The notes beneath the pieces were generated by a model that worked only from the letters and a program-made list of their open reading frames with translations, was not told the origin of the DNA and did no database searches. DNA of 64,000 nt from Myxococcales bacterium (lineage in GTDB: Bacteria; Myxococcota; Myxococcia; Myxococcales; JAJYLH01): assembly GCA_021787845.1 (NCBI GenBank), contig JAJYLH010000002.1, forward strand, positions 217,073-281,072. The letters run 5' to 3'. The position numbers and the translations under genes are program-made. Of this stretch, positions 19,377-28,236 are shown in pieces. Every line of letters begins with the position of its first letter. The stretch's first letter is position 1.

Positions 19377-21248
19377 CTACCGGCGCACGAGCGGTTGCGC
19401 GGGCGGCGGGTCGGTCGACTTCTCGAGGTCGGCGATCACCCGCTCACCCGGGTAGGGGACGGTCTCCACCCGCGTCAGCTTGGAGATCCTCTTGACGATG
19501 TCCGCCATCCGCTCGCTCTGCGCGTGAATCGCCTCCAGCGGCACCTTGAGCGCCTCGTCCGGCGCCCGCCGCAGGAGCAGCTCCGCGTAGCCGACGATCA
19601 CCGTCAAGGGCTGGTTCAGCTCGTGCGCCGTCGCGCCCGCGAGCGCGGTGACCGCCCGCTGCTTCTCCGCGTCGATGAGCTGCGCCCGGGTGCGAGCCAG
19701 CTCGTTCTCCACCCGGACCCGCTCGCGCAGGTCGCGCAGGAGCCCGACCGACGCCTCTTCACGCCCGCCCACCTTGATGAGAGCCGCCGACAGCTCGACC
19801 GGAATCGTCTCGCCCTGAGAGGTGCGCGCGTAGGTCCGGACCGCCTCGATGCGCCCGTCCGGCGCCTCCCTCAACAGCCGCATCACCTCCCGCGCGCCGC
19901 CCTCCGGGTAGAGCTCGCGCACGTGGCCCTTCGCTCGCATCTCAGCGGCGCTCCTGCCAAACATCTGCTCCGCCGCCGGGTTGAAGACCAGAATCCGCCC
20001 CTTCAGGTCCGCCGCGACGATCGCGTCCGCCGACGCTTCGATCAGCCGCTCCAGGAAGTCGCGAGTGCGCCTGAGCTCCCGCTCGGTCGCCCGCTCCTCG
20101 GTCGCGTCGCGAAAGGAGAGGATGGCCCGCCCGTGCTCGCCTTGCTCCAGAGGACCGGCGCTGACCGCCAGCACCGCTTTCCTTCCCTGCTTGACCTCGA
20201 CCTCGAGCTGCGCCGAGACGACGTGGGCGCCCCGCCCGATTTCCCTGGCGAAGAGCTGCGCCGCCATCGGGTCGAGCGGCCGGGCGAGCTCGAAGAAAGG
20301 CGTCCCCCGCGCGTCGCCCGAAAGACCGAGAATCGCTTGGCCCGCCGGGTTCAACAGCACCACCTCGTGCCCCTCGCCCAGCACCGCGACCCCGTCCGAG
20401 ATCTGCGAGATGAACGCCTCGTAGCGCGCGAGCTGGCGGGACGCGGTCTTGCGCGCCTCCTCGACGAGCCAGGCGTGACGCACGGCGATGGCGGTGGCGA
20501 TGGCGGCGGTCGAGGCGAGGTGGAGCGCCTGCGGGCTCGCGAACGACGTGCGCGCGCGCATCATCAGCACCCCGATCAAGCGCCCGTCGAGATGGAGCGG
20601 GAAGCACGCCACCGCCCCGACCCCCGCTCTCTCCAGGCGCAGGCGAACCGGGTCGAGAAGGGGGTGGTGAGCGGTGTCCCCGACCACCACCGGTTCCCCT
20701 GTTCGCTGCGCCTCGCGGATTTCCGGGTAGTCGGCGAGCGCGATCCGCAGCCGGTGGAGGTCCGGCAGGTCGCTCGAGGCGACGACCGAGGCGTGCCGGC
20801 CGTCGTCGTCGAGCAGCACGAGCGAGCAGCGCTCGACCCCGATGGCGCCGGCCAGGTGCTGCACCGTCTGCAAGAGCAGCGCCGGCAGGTCGGCGCTCGT
20901 CGCCAGGTCTCGAATCAGCGCGAGGAGGAATCCGAGCTCGTTCTGCCACCGCTCCTCGGGGACCTCCTCGGCGGCGCGGGCCACCCGCTCGAGCCGCGCG
21001 GCGAGCTCCTCGTCGGACGCGTCGCGAGCCACCCAGTCCGCCAGGCGTCCGGCCGCCACGGCTCGGAGCGCCGCCCTCCGGTCCCCCCCGACCACCAGCG
21101 CGGGTCCCGCCGACCGCAACAGGGCCAGGTCGCCGGCGAGCTCGACGGCTCCGCTCTCGCCCACCGAATGGCCGAGCCTCCGGCAGCGCTCACGCAGGGC
21201 GTCGGCGTCCGCACCCTCGCCTCGGACCGCGATTTCCAGCCTCGGCAT
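19377..21248 (-). CDS. Sensor protein with a degenerate N-terminal receiver-like region, GAF, two PAS domains and a HisKA (DHp) domain; no HATPase_c domain
   Basis: GAF-like region CSLVLLDDDGRHASVVASS...CFPLHLDGRLIGVLMM. PAS-like segments ISDGVAVLGEGHEVVLLNPAGQAILG and ADAIVAADLKGRILVFNPAAEQMFG. H-box TAHELNQPLT. The ORF ends about 60 aa after the H-box. Confidence 0.7.
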   Translation of the reverse strand: MPRLEIAVRGEGADADALRERCRRLGHSVGESGAVELAGDLALLRSAGPALVVGGDRRAALRAVAAGRLADWVARDASDEELAARLERVARAAEEVPEERWQNELGFLLALIRDLATSADLPALLLQTVQHLAGAIGVERCSLVLLDDDGRHASVVASSDLPDLHRLRIALADYPEIREAQRTGEPVVVGDTAHHPLLDPVRLRLERAGVGAVACFPLHLDGRLIGVLMMRARTSFASPQALHLASTAAIATAIAVRHAWLVEEARKTASRQLARYEAFISQISDGVAVLGEGHEVVLLNPAGQAILGLSGDARGTPFFELARPLDPMAAQLFAREIGRGAHVVSAQLEVEVKQGRKAVLAVSAGPLEQGEHGRAILSFRDATEERATERELRRTRDFLERLIEASADAIVAADLKGRILVFNPAAEQMFGRSAAEMRAKGHVRELYPEGGAREVMRLLREAPDGRIEAVRTYARTSQGETIPVELSAALIKVGGREEASVGLLRDLRERVRVENELARTRAQLIDAEKQRAVTALAGATAHELNQPLTVIVGYAELLLRRAPDEALKVPLEAIHAQSERMADIVKRISKLTRVETVPYPGERVIADLEKSTDPPPAQPLVRR

Positions 21249-21298
21249 CGCCTGTCGTCGAGCGTACCATCCGCGGCGAATTGTGGTAGGGGTGAGCT

Positions 21299-21994
21299 TT
21301 GCGAATGGGAGGTCCTTCGATGCTGCACCTCATCCTCTCGGTCCTGTGCCTCGCCGCGCCGACGCCGGCGGGCCTGCCGACGCCGGTCGCCGTCCCGCAC
21401 CCGGCGATTCCCAGCCTGAAGCCGGACCGCGAGGGCTACTGCCAGAAGACGGACTTCGTCGGCTGGTCGAAGGACGGCTCGGAGGCGGCCATCGGCGAGA
21501 GCTACTGCAAGGACCCGCCGCCGGACGCCGCGTGGGACACCCTCTTCCGGCTCACTCGGGACGGGCGGATCAAGAGCTGGCTCATCGGCCCCCAGGCGGG
21601 CGCCCGGCTGAAGCCGGAAACGCGCGGTCGGCTCCTCTTCGGCCAAGTGTACCGCATGCCGGGAGCGAGAGCGCCGCGGGGGCCCTTCAGCGCCGACGCC
21701 AAGGTCGACGGCGCCTACCTGATCGTCGCGTTCCGTTCGAAGAACCCGAAGGTCCCGGCACCGCCGCCGGTGAACCGGGCGCTCAAGCTGCCGTACGCGA
21801 AGTGGCCCACGGTCAAGCCGGCGCACGTCGGAAGGCTCTACTGGTCGCCGGACGGCGGCGCCCTGGCGGTGACCGTCGACGCGGTCAAGCGCGAGCCGAG
21901 GGGCGGCCGGCTGGAAGTGGCGGAGGTGGTGCTGTTCGAAATCGCGCCCCTCGGCCGCGCGCACGCGCGCGCTCCGCTCAAGCCCTCCCGCTAA
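21299..21994 (+). CDS. Secreted hypothetical protein (231 aa)
   Basis: Signal peptide MLHLILSVLCLAAPTPAG. Codon bias is consistent with coding. No recognisable domain. Confidence 0.5.
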   Translation: MRMGGPSMLHLILSVLCLAAPTPAGLPTPVAVPHPAIPSLKPDREGYCQKTDFVGWSKDGSEAAIGESYCKDPPPDAAWDTLFRLTRDGRIKSWLIGPQAGARLKPETRGRLLFGQVYRMPGARAPRGPFSADAKVDGAYLIVAFRSKNPKVPAPPPVNRALKLPYAKWPTVKPAHVGRLYWSPDGGALAVTVDAVKREPRGGRLEVAEVVLFEIAPLGRAHARAPLKPSR

Positions 21995-22064
21995 ACGGCG
22001 CCGCTCTCGCACGGCGGGTCGGGCCGTCGCCTTCACTTCGGCGGGTCCACCTGCGGGCGCGATG

Positions 22065-22098
22065 CGACGATCGGACCGATCGGTCGGACCGGTCCGAC
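22065..22098. repeat. Intergenic palindromic GACCGATCGGTC-type repeat cluster (copy 1)
   Basis: acgatcggaccgatcggtcggaccggtccgac, between convergent genes ending at 21994 and 22158. Confidence 0.6.
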
Positions 22099-22157
22099 AT
22101 GGGGCCTGGACGGGTGAAGGCTCGACGGGTGGGGCACCCGTTTCCAGCGCGAGCAGG

Positions 22158-23657
22158 TCATTCCAGCAGCGCCTGAAGCCGCCGGGTGACGTCGCCGAGC
22201 GACAGCGGCGCTGGCCCCAAGGACTTCGCCATCTCGGCGGCGCCGTCGAACCGGCCACCCGCGAAAAGACCCGCCAGCCACGGTCCCGTGCGAGGATTCG
22301 CCCACCAATCTTCGTCGAACCGCTCGCGCGCCGTCTCGAACAGCCGCGTCCCCAGCGCCAGAGACCGTAGCTCGGCAGCGCTCTCGAAGGGCGTCTCGAG
22401 GCCGCGCAGAAAGAACGCCGCCGGCTCCCGAGCGAGGGTCGCGGCTTCCATCCGGTCGACGAACCCACGGGCGAGGCGGCTCCTCGCGCCCTGGGCATGC
22501 GCGGCGAGCTCGTGCCCGAGCAGCGCCGCCGCTCGCCGTGCCCGCCGAAGGGCGTGGAGCGCAACGACCCGCACCAGGTCCGGCGCCGTCGCTTCCAGCC
22601 GCTTCGCGAGCCACCGCCGGTCCGTCAGCCAGCTCCCGATGAGCACGCCGAAAGCCTTGGTCGTCGCCCGGTCGCCTGCGAAGCGGTCCTCGAACGGCCG
22701 GGCGGCGTCGGTGCCGGTGAGCGACAGCGCTTCCCCACAGGCGGCGAAGAAGGCGCTCGCGTCGCGCAGACCCGCGCACGGGCGCGCGACCAGATGCACC
22801 TCGTCCGGAACCTCGCAGGCGACCGCGGTCGGCGCGATGACGCGGGCTGGCGCCTCGGCGACGTCGATCTTCAGCCGCTCCGACGCGGCCTGGTCCAGCC
22901 CCATCCGCGCGAAATCGACCGCGAGTCTCGCACTCGGGTCGCCGCGCGGGAGCAGCCCTTCGAACGCCGGCGGCCCGAAGGCGTAGACGACGTCGTGCCG
23001 CTCGATCTCGCGCGGTGACGGCCGGCGCTCGAACACCCGTCCGAGCCACCAGCCGAGCACGTCCCGGTACATCGCCTCGGTCGCCTCGAGAAAGCGGTCG
23101 GCCTCGGCGGCGAGAACGGCGAGATCGATCCCTGAAAGCTCCTTCACCGCTGCCGCATGGCTCGCGAACCCGCGCTGGCGCGCCGCCTCCTCCTGCGCGT
23201 CGATGGCCCGGGCGACCGCGTCGTTCGCCGTCGACCACGCCTCGCTCAGAGAGGCGTCGAGCGCGGCCCGCGCGTCGCGACGCGCCGTCTGGGCGACCGT
23301 CCGGCAGGCCGTACGAAAGGCCAGACGCTCACCAGCGGCGGTTCCGGGCACCGTCGACGCCGTTTCGACCCGCGCGATCCGATCGTGCGCCTCGGCCGCG
23401 CCTGCGAGGCCGGCGAGCGAAAGCAGATGCCCCGCGAGAGCCCGCAGCCGCCGGGCCCGACGCTCCTCGCCCTTCTCTTGCGCGACCTGACGCGCCTCGG
23501 CGACCCGGGCGAACGACTCGACCCCCACCACGTCGGCGAACGGCGCGAACGCCTCCGAAAACGCCCCATCCGCCTGCCCGCGCGCGTCCGCGAGCTCCAT
23601 CCGCGCCAGCCCCCGGGTGAGCTCCAGAGTTCTTTCGCGCAGCGTCGCCAGGTCCAT
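22158..23657 (-). CDS. Hypothetical protein (499 aa)
   Basis: The internal Met MDLATLRERTLEL of the 905-aa track ORF is the likely start. The upstream part of that ORF is the middle fragment of the UDG pseudogene in another reading context. Helical and Ala-rich, with no recognised motif. Confidence 0.5.
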   Translation of the reverse strand: MDLATLRERTLELTRGLARMELADARGQADGAFSEAFAPFADVVGVESFARVAEARQVAQEKGEERRARRLRALAGHLLSLAGLAGAAEAHDRIARVETASTVPGTAAGERLAFRTACRTVAQTARRDARAALDASLSEAWSTANDAVARAIDAQEEAARQRGFASHAAAVKELSGIDLAVLAAEADRFLEATEAMYRDVLGWWLGRVFERRPSPREIERHDVVYAFGPPAFEGLLPRGDPSARLAVDFARMGLDQAASERLKIDVAEAPARVIAPTAVACEVPDEVHLVARPCAGLRDASAFFAACGEALSLTGTDAARPFEDRFAGDRATTKAFGVLIGSWLTDRRWLAKRLEATAPDLVRVVALHALRRARRAAALLGHELAAHAQGARSRLARGFVDRMEAATLAREPAAFFLRGLETPFESAAELRSLALGTRLFETARERFDEDWWANPRTGPWLAGLFAGGRFDGAAEMAKSLGPAPLSLGDVTRRLQALLE

Positions 23658-23780
23658 TTTCGCCTCCGAAAGCGCGGGCACCGTACCAGAAGATCGCCGG
23701 CGGGCTTGTCGGCGCGACGCTTCTTTTGTAAGACGCGCACCGCGCGCGAGGGCCAGGGAGCTTCTCGCCAAGGGGCGTCG

Positions 23781-24128
23781 ATGCAGGCACTCAACATCCT
23801 CGAAAACCCGCGGTTCGAGAGCGACAGGGCCAGCAAGCTGCAAGTGGTCAAGAGCGATCAGATCGCCGTCGACGGGCTCTTCCTGAAGCCCGGCCAGTCG
23901 CACGGACCGCTCCGGCTGCCCGACCGCGACCGCGCCGTGATCGTGCTCGGTGGCAAGGGCGAGCTGGTGCTGCACGCCGACCCGGTCGACCAGCGCATCG
24001 AGCTGTCGGCCGGCATGATCGCTCTCGCCCCTCGCGCGATGTGGCACGCGGTCGTCAACACCGGTTCCGAGAACCTGGTCGTCTCCCTCGCCAGCCAGTT
24101 TCCGGTGCCGGTCGAAGAGCACGGCTAG
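23781..24128 (+). CDS. Cupin-domain protein (115 aa)
   Basis: MQALNILENPRFESD...GELVLHADPVDQRIELSAGMIALAPRAMWHAVVNTG. Small beta-barrel cupin-like sequence with two conserved His positions. Confidence 0.55.
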   Translation: MQALNILENPRFESDRASKLQVVKSDQIAVDGLFLKPGQSHGPLRLPDRDRAVIVLGGKGELVLHADPVDQRIELSAGMIALAPRAMWHAVVNTGSENLVVSLASQFPVPVEEHG

Positions 24129-24802
24129 AGCGCAGCCGCCGACCGGCAGGCCCCTCGACCCTCGAGCTGGCGGTCTTCGGGTCTCTCCAGGACCGCTTCT
24201 GGCACCCAGCACCGCTGCCGCCACTTCCAGGTTCCGCCCGAAACCGTCGTCGGCCTCGCACCGCCGACGGATCGATCGTCGCCAGCGCCAACGGCGCGAG
24301 GCCGGTCGGAACGAGCTCCCCGCGACGCCGGGGCACCCGAAAGTCGCGGCCGACGAGCGCCTGCGCCGCGGTGGCGCCGAGCGCGACCAGCACCTTCGGC
24401 CACACCCCCCGAAGCTCCGCCTCCAGCCACGGCCGGCAGGCCGCCTGCTCCCCGCGTTCGGCTTCCGGTACAGCCGTCCCTTCCCGGCGGCCGCCCATTT
24501 GAAGCGCTTGACCGCGTTCGTCACGTAGGCGTCCTGCCGCTCGGCGCCCACGTCGACCAGCGCGCGATCGAGCACCCGTTCCGCCGGCGCCTGAACGGCC
24601 GGCCTGCGCGATCTTCCACGTCGCCGGGCACCCCGCCCACGAGCACCACGCGAGCGCTTCCGGACTCCTCGCCGAAGACGGTCTGCGTCGCGCGCTCCCA
24701 GAACGGACACGCCCGGCAGCCCGCCGCCGCGCGCGCGAGCGATCGCGGCGTCGGATGCTCGGGCACGAGCGCAGCGGCCGACCAGACCGGGAGGCGCGGC
24801 AC
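24055..24802 (-). pseudogene. Uracil-DNA glycosylase family 4 (UdgX-like KRFKW...GKGRLYRKP variant) disrupted by two frameshifts
   Basis: Three consecutive minus-strand frames each carry part of the family. Frame A (24802 to about 24593) has CRACPFWERATQTVFGEESGSARVVLVGGVPGDVEDRAGRPF. Frame B (about 24581 to 24450) has AERVLDRALVDVGAERQDAYVTNAVKRFKWAAAGKGRLYRKPNAG. Frame C (about 24444 to 24210) has AACRPWLEAELRGVWPKVLVALGATAAQALVGRDFRVPRRRGELVPTGLAPLALATIDPSAV. The breaks lie near 24590 and near 24450. Confidence 0.5.
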
Positions 24803-24922
24803 GCACCCAATCTGGAGCCGGCCCCGGCGCGCTTCGACCGAAAGGGGCGCCTCGAGCTTTGCTATCGTCGCGCACGCCGCCCCGACGGGCGGCCGTTTCC
24901 CCCTTGCCTCGGAGCTCTTTCG

Positions 24923-26119
24923 ATGGACCCGGCCGACGTGGTCTTGCGCTTTCTCGAAAGCGTCGGGCGCCGGTCGGAGGCGGAGTTCTACGTCAACCTC
25001 TTTCGCGCGGAGCCGAAGGAACAGTTCGCGGCCATCGCCGTCGATGCCGACGTCGCCGGAGCGGCGAGCGAAGCGGTGGTGCTGGCCCTACGCTTCCTCG
25101 CAGCGCTCTCGCTCACCCCCGTGGTGTTGCTCGGCCATCTGGAGCCCCAGGAGGCGCGCCCGCAGGCCGGCCGCCTCCACCAGCGGCTGACCGGCGCGGG
25201 GGTCGCGGCGCGGCTGGTTACGGCGCCGGATGTGAGCGCTCTCGCCGAGCAGTGCGCCTCATGCACCCAGGCAGGGGTCCTGCCCATCGTCGCGCTCGGG
25301 CCGGCGGAGGGCGCCACCCTCGAAGAGCGGTTCGAAGAGATCGGGGGGCTTCTGGCGGCGCTGAAGACCCGCAAGCTCGTGTTCCTCCACCGCCCCGGCG
25401 GCCTCAGGCGGGACGGAGCGCTCCTGCCTCTCGTCAACCTGTCGACCGGCTTCACGGGCCTCGAGCGGTCGGAGGAGCTTTCGCCGAAGGAGCGCGTGAT
25501 GGTCGTGCAGTCGCGGCGGCTGATTTTCGACCTGGTGGCGCACCGACTGACGGTCTCCATCACGTCGCCCTTGAACGTCCAGCGCGAGCTGTTCACGGTG
25601 AAGGGGGCCGGAACGCTCCTCAGGCGCGGAGCGGTCATCGAGCGCAAGCGGTCGTTCGCCGAGGCCGACCTGCCCCGGCTGAAAGCGCTCCTGTCCTCCA
25701 GCTTCGGTCGCGCTCCCCTCGACGGCTTCTTCGGGCGCGCCGTCGATCGGCTCTACCTCGAGGAGGCCTACCGGGGCGCGGCGATTCTCGAGGCGACGCC
25801 CCACGGCGCTTACCTGACGAAGTTCGCGGTCGAGCGCGAGGCGCAGGGCGAAGGCATCGCGCGCGATCTGTGGGACGCGCTGGCGGCCGAGCATCCCGTC
25901 GTCTTCTGGCGCGCCCGGCCCGAGAACCCGATCAACGAGTGGTACGGCAAGCTCGCCGACGGGCTGCACCGGCTCCCGAACTGGGTCGTGTTCTGGAAGG
26001 GCGTCGCCGTCGACCAGGTCCCGAACGCCATCGCCTTCGCGCTCGGCCGGCCGGCCGACTTGCCTGACACCGAGAGCGCCGCCGCCCCCACCCTCGCTTC
26101 GTCCACCGCCGAACCGTGA
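24923..26119 (+). CDS. Acetylglutamate-kinase-fold (degenerate) + C-terminal GNAT acetyltransferase domain protein (ArgA/NAGS-like)
   Basis: Internal start MDPADVVLRFLESVG. The C-terminal GNAT-like region is AILEATPHGAYLTKFAVEREAQGEGIARDLWDAL...VFWRAR. The N-terminal region resembles an amino-acid kinase fold but lacks a clear glycine-rich ATP motif. Confidence 0.55.
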   Translation: MDPADVVLRFLESVGRRSEAEFYVNLFRAEPKEQFAAIAVDADVAGAASEAVVLALRFLAALSLTPVVLLGHLEPQEARPQAGRLHQRLTGAGVAARLVTAPDVSALAEQCASCTQAGVLPIVALGPAEGATLEERFEEIGGLLAALKTRKLVFLHRPGGLRRDGALLPLVNLSTGFTGLERSEELSPKERVMVVQSRRLIFDLVAHRLTVSITSPLNVQRELFTVKGAGTLLRRGAVIERKRSFAEADLPRLKALLSSSFGRAPLDGFFGRAVDRLYLEEAYRGAAILEATPHGAYLTKFAVEREAQGEGIARDLWDALAAEHPVVFWRARPENPINEWYGKLADGLHRLPNWVVFWKGVAVDQVPNAIAFALGRPADLPDTESAAAPTLASSTAEP

Positions 26120-26165
26120 CCGCGCCGCCATCGTTGGTCCCCGAGGCCGCTGTTACGCTCAGCCC

Positions 26166-27488
26166 ATGCCCGTCTCGCGCGAGGCCAGCGCGCCGCCGTT
26201 TCCACTGTCGGACCTGACACTGCCGCAGGGCGGCACCGGAACCGTTCGGCAGGTCCTCAACGGCTGGATGCGCGGGCTCGTCCGGGACCTCGCGGCGATT
26301 CCCTCGAGCGGGCTGCGGCCGCCGGCCCGCGCCCTCTACCAGCTGACCCTCGCGCTCGCCCAGCGTCAGCTCCAGGCCGACCCCCGGCACCTGGTCCGCA
26401 TCCTGCGCCAGCCGACCCTGGCGCCTCTTCTCGGAACCCTCCGACGGGACTCCGGCAGCGGTAGCGGTGAGGTTGAGCGCTCTCACCTGGTGAAAGAGCT
26501 CTCGCTGCTCGTGCTGCTGGAGCTCGCCCGCGAAGGGCTGTTGCCGGCGGCGGGAGTGGTCGTCCCGCGAGACGACGGGTGGCCGCCGCTGCGGTCGCCC
26601 GAGGCGAACCTGCTGATCGATTTCGCGCCCGATGTCGAGGCGCTCCTCTTTCGGCCGAACGGGCTGGTCGCGCACGCGCGCGGGCGCGATTTCCCCCTCT
26701 GGCTGTGCGCGCCGATGGCGGCGACCGACGCACCATTCACCGTCGCCCGGCCCTACCACCCCATCGTCGGCGGCGTCCGGCTGGCGCTGACCGACAACAA
26801 CCCGCTCAGCCAGTTCGAGGCGCACCCCGACAAGAGCGGCAACCGCCTCGACCTGGGCGGCCAACCCCTCGAGTCCTGGCTCGACGCGCTGCGCGGGGCG
26901 TTCGCCCTGGTCGACCGGTCCTCGCCCTTCATCGGCGAGGAGATGCGGCTGGTCTTGCGGCTCGTGGTGCCGGTCGGCTGGGACGCCGAGAGACACCTGT
27001 CCGCGAGCTACCGGGAGGCGGTCGGCACCATCTATCTGACCCTGCACCCCCGGCCGATGACGATGACCGAGGCGCTCGTCCACGAGTTCCAGCACAACAA
27101 GCTCAACGCCGCCCTCAGCCTCGACCCGCTCCTCGAGAACGCTTTCGCCCCCCTTTACGCCTCGCCGGTGCGGCCGGACCCGCGGCCGCTCCACGGGGTG
27201 CTCCTCGCGGTCCACGCCTTCCAGCCGATTGCGCTCTTGTACGAGTCGATGACCGCCGATGCGCACCCGCTTAGCCGGAGCGCTTCCTTCCAGCGGCGGT
27301 TCCGCGACATCGTCCGGGCCTGCCGTTCGGGGGCGAAGACGGTGTTGGAGAACGCGCGGCCGACCGCGCTGGGTGCGGGGCTCCTGGCGGAGATGCGGGC
27401 GCTCGACCAAGACCTCGCGGGCATCGAGGCGATGCGCTGGCCGGAAGCGACGCCGCTGGACGTGCCGGAGCTGCCGGTCGACGGCTAG
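26166..27488 (+). CDS. HExxH-motif protein (440 aa), putative metal-dependent enzyme of unknown function
   Basis: ALVHEFQHNKLN contains a HExxH motif within a conserved-looking helical region. No signal peptide. Function is not assignable from sequence alone. Confidence 0.55.
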   Translation: MPVSREASAPPFPLSDLTLPQGGTGTVRQVLNGWMRGLVRDLAAIPSSGLRPPARALYQLTLALAQRQLQADPRHLVRILRQPTLAPLLGTLRRDSGSGSGEVERSHLVKELSLLVLLELAREGLLPAAGVVVPRDDGWPPLRSPEANLLIDFAPDVEALLFRPNGLVAHARGRDFPLWLCAPMAATDAPFTVARPYHPIVGGVRLALTDNNPLSQFEAHPDKSGNRLDLGGQPLESWLDALRGAFALVDRSSPFIGEEMRLVLRLVVPVGWDAERHLSASYREAVGTIYLTLHPRPMTMTEALVHEFQHNKLNAALSLDPLLENAFAPLYASPVRPDPRPLHGVLLAVHAFQPIALLYESMTADAHPLSRSASFQRRFRDIVRACRSGAKTVLENARPTALGAGLLAEMRALDQDLAGIEAMRWPEATPLDVPELPVDG

Positions 27489-27492
27489 CCGG

Positions 27493-28236
27493 TCACTCCT
27501 CGGGCAGCCCCAGCTTTTCGCAGAGCCGGTAGTAGACGTAGTTGGCGACGTCGCTCGGACGCGTTCCGGGGCCGAAGCCCGCGTCGAATCCCAGGTCGAG
27601 GGCCTGCTTGTGATCGATGCGCGGGCCGCCGAAGACCAGAATCGCCTTGCCCCAGAGGTCCTCGCCTTTCAGGATCTCGATCAGCGCGCGCACGTTCTCC
27701 TTGTGGATGTCGCGCTGGGTCACGATCTGCGAGACGAGGATGGCGTCGGCGTTCAGCTCCTTGGCCTTCGCGACGAGCACCGCCGGCTCCACCTGCGCGC
27801 CCAGGTTGACCGCTCGAAACCAGGGGTAGCGCTCCAGCCCATAGTCACCGGCGTAGCCTTTCATGTTGAAGATGGCGTCGATGCCGGTCGTGTGCGCGTC
27901 GCTGCCGATGCAGGCGCCGACCACCACGATCGGTCGGCCGAGGCGCTCGGCGATGCGCGCGTTCAAGGCGTCGAAGCCGTGCTTCGGGTGCTTGACCTCC
28001 GGCGCCTCGACGCGGTCGAAGTCCAGCGCGAAGTCGCCGCGGCCGTAGCAGACGAAGACCGAAAAGCGCTCGCCCGCCGGCTCCATCGAGGCGACGAGCA
28101 CGCTCTTGAAGCCCATCTTCTTGACGAGCTGGCTCGCCGCTTCCTTCGCCTTCGCGCCGGCCGGAACCGGGAGGGTGAACGCGAGCTGGACGAGGCCGTC
28201 GTCGCGCCGGTCGCCATAGGGACGGATGAGGTTCAT
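27493..28236 (-). CDS. kamE: Lysine 5,6-aminomutase beta subunit (B12-binding)
   Basis: 247 aa. B12-binding DxHxxG motif VVVGACIGSDAHTTGID in a C-terminal Rossmann-like domain. The gene sits immediately downstream of the alpha subunit gene. Confidence 0.75.
   Translation of the reverse strand: MNLIRPYGDRRDDGLVQLAFTLPVPAGAKAKEAASQLVKKMGFKSVLVASMEPAGERFSVFVCYGRGDFALDFDRVEAPEVKHPKHGFDALNARIAERLGRPIVVVGACIGSDAHTTGIDAIFNMKGYAGDYGLERYPWFRAVNLGAQVEPAVLVAKAKELNADAILVSQIVTQRDIHKENVRALIEILKGEDLWGKAILVFGGPRIDHKQALDLGFDAGFGPGTRPSDVANYVYYRLCEKLGLPEE

Noticed and set aside
22158-24875. 905-aa minus-strand ORF taken as one gene
   Set aside because: It is a read-through of a real 499-aa gene (start at 23657) plus upstream sequence. 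That upstream sequence includes the middle fragment of the frameshifted UDG pseudogene, so it is not one protein.
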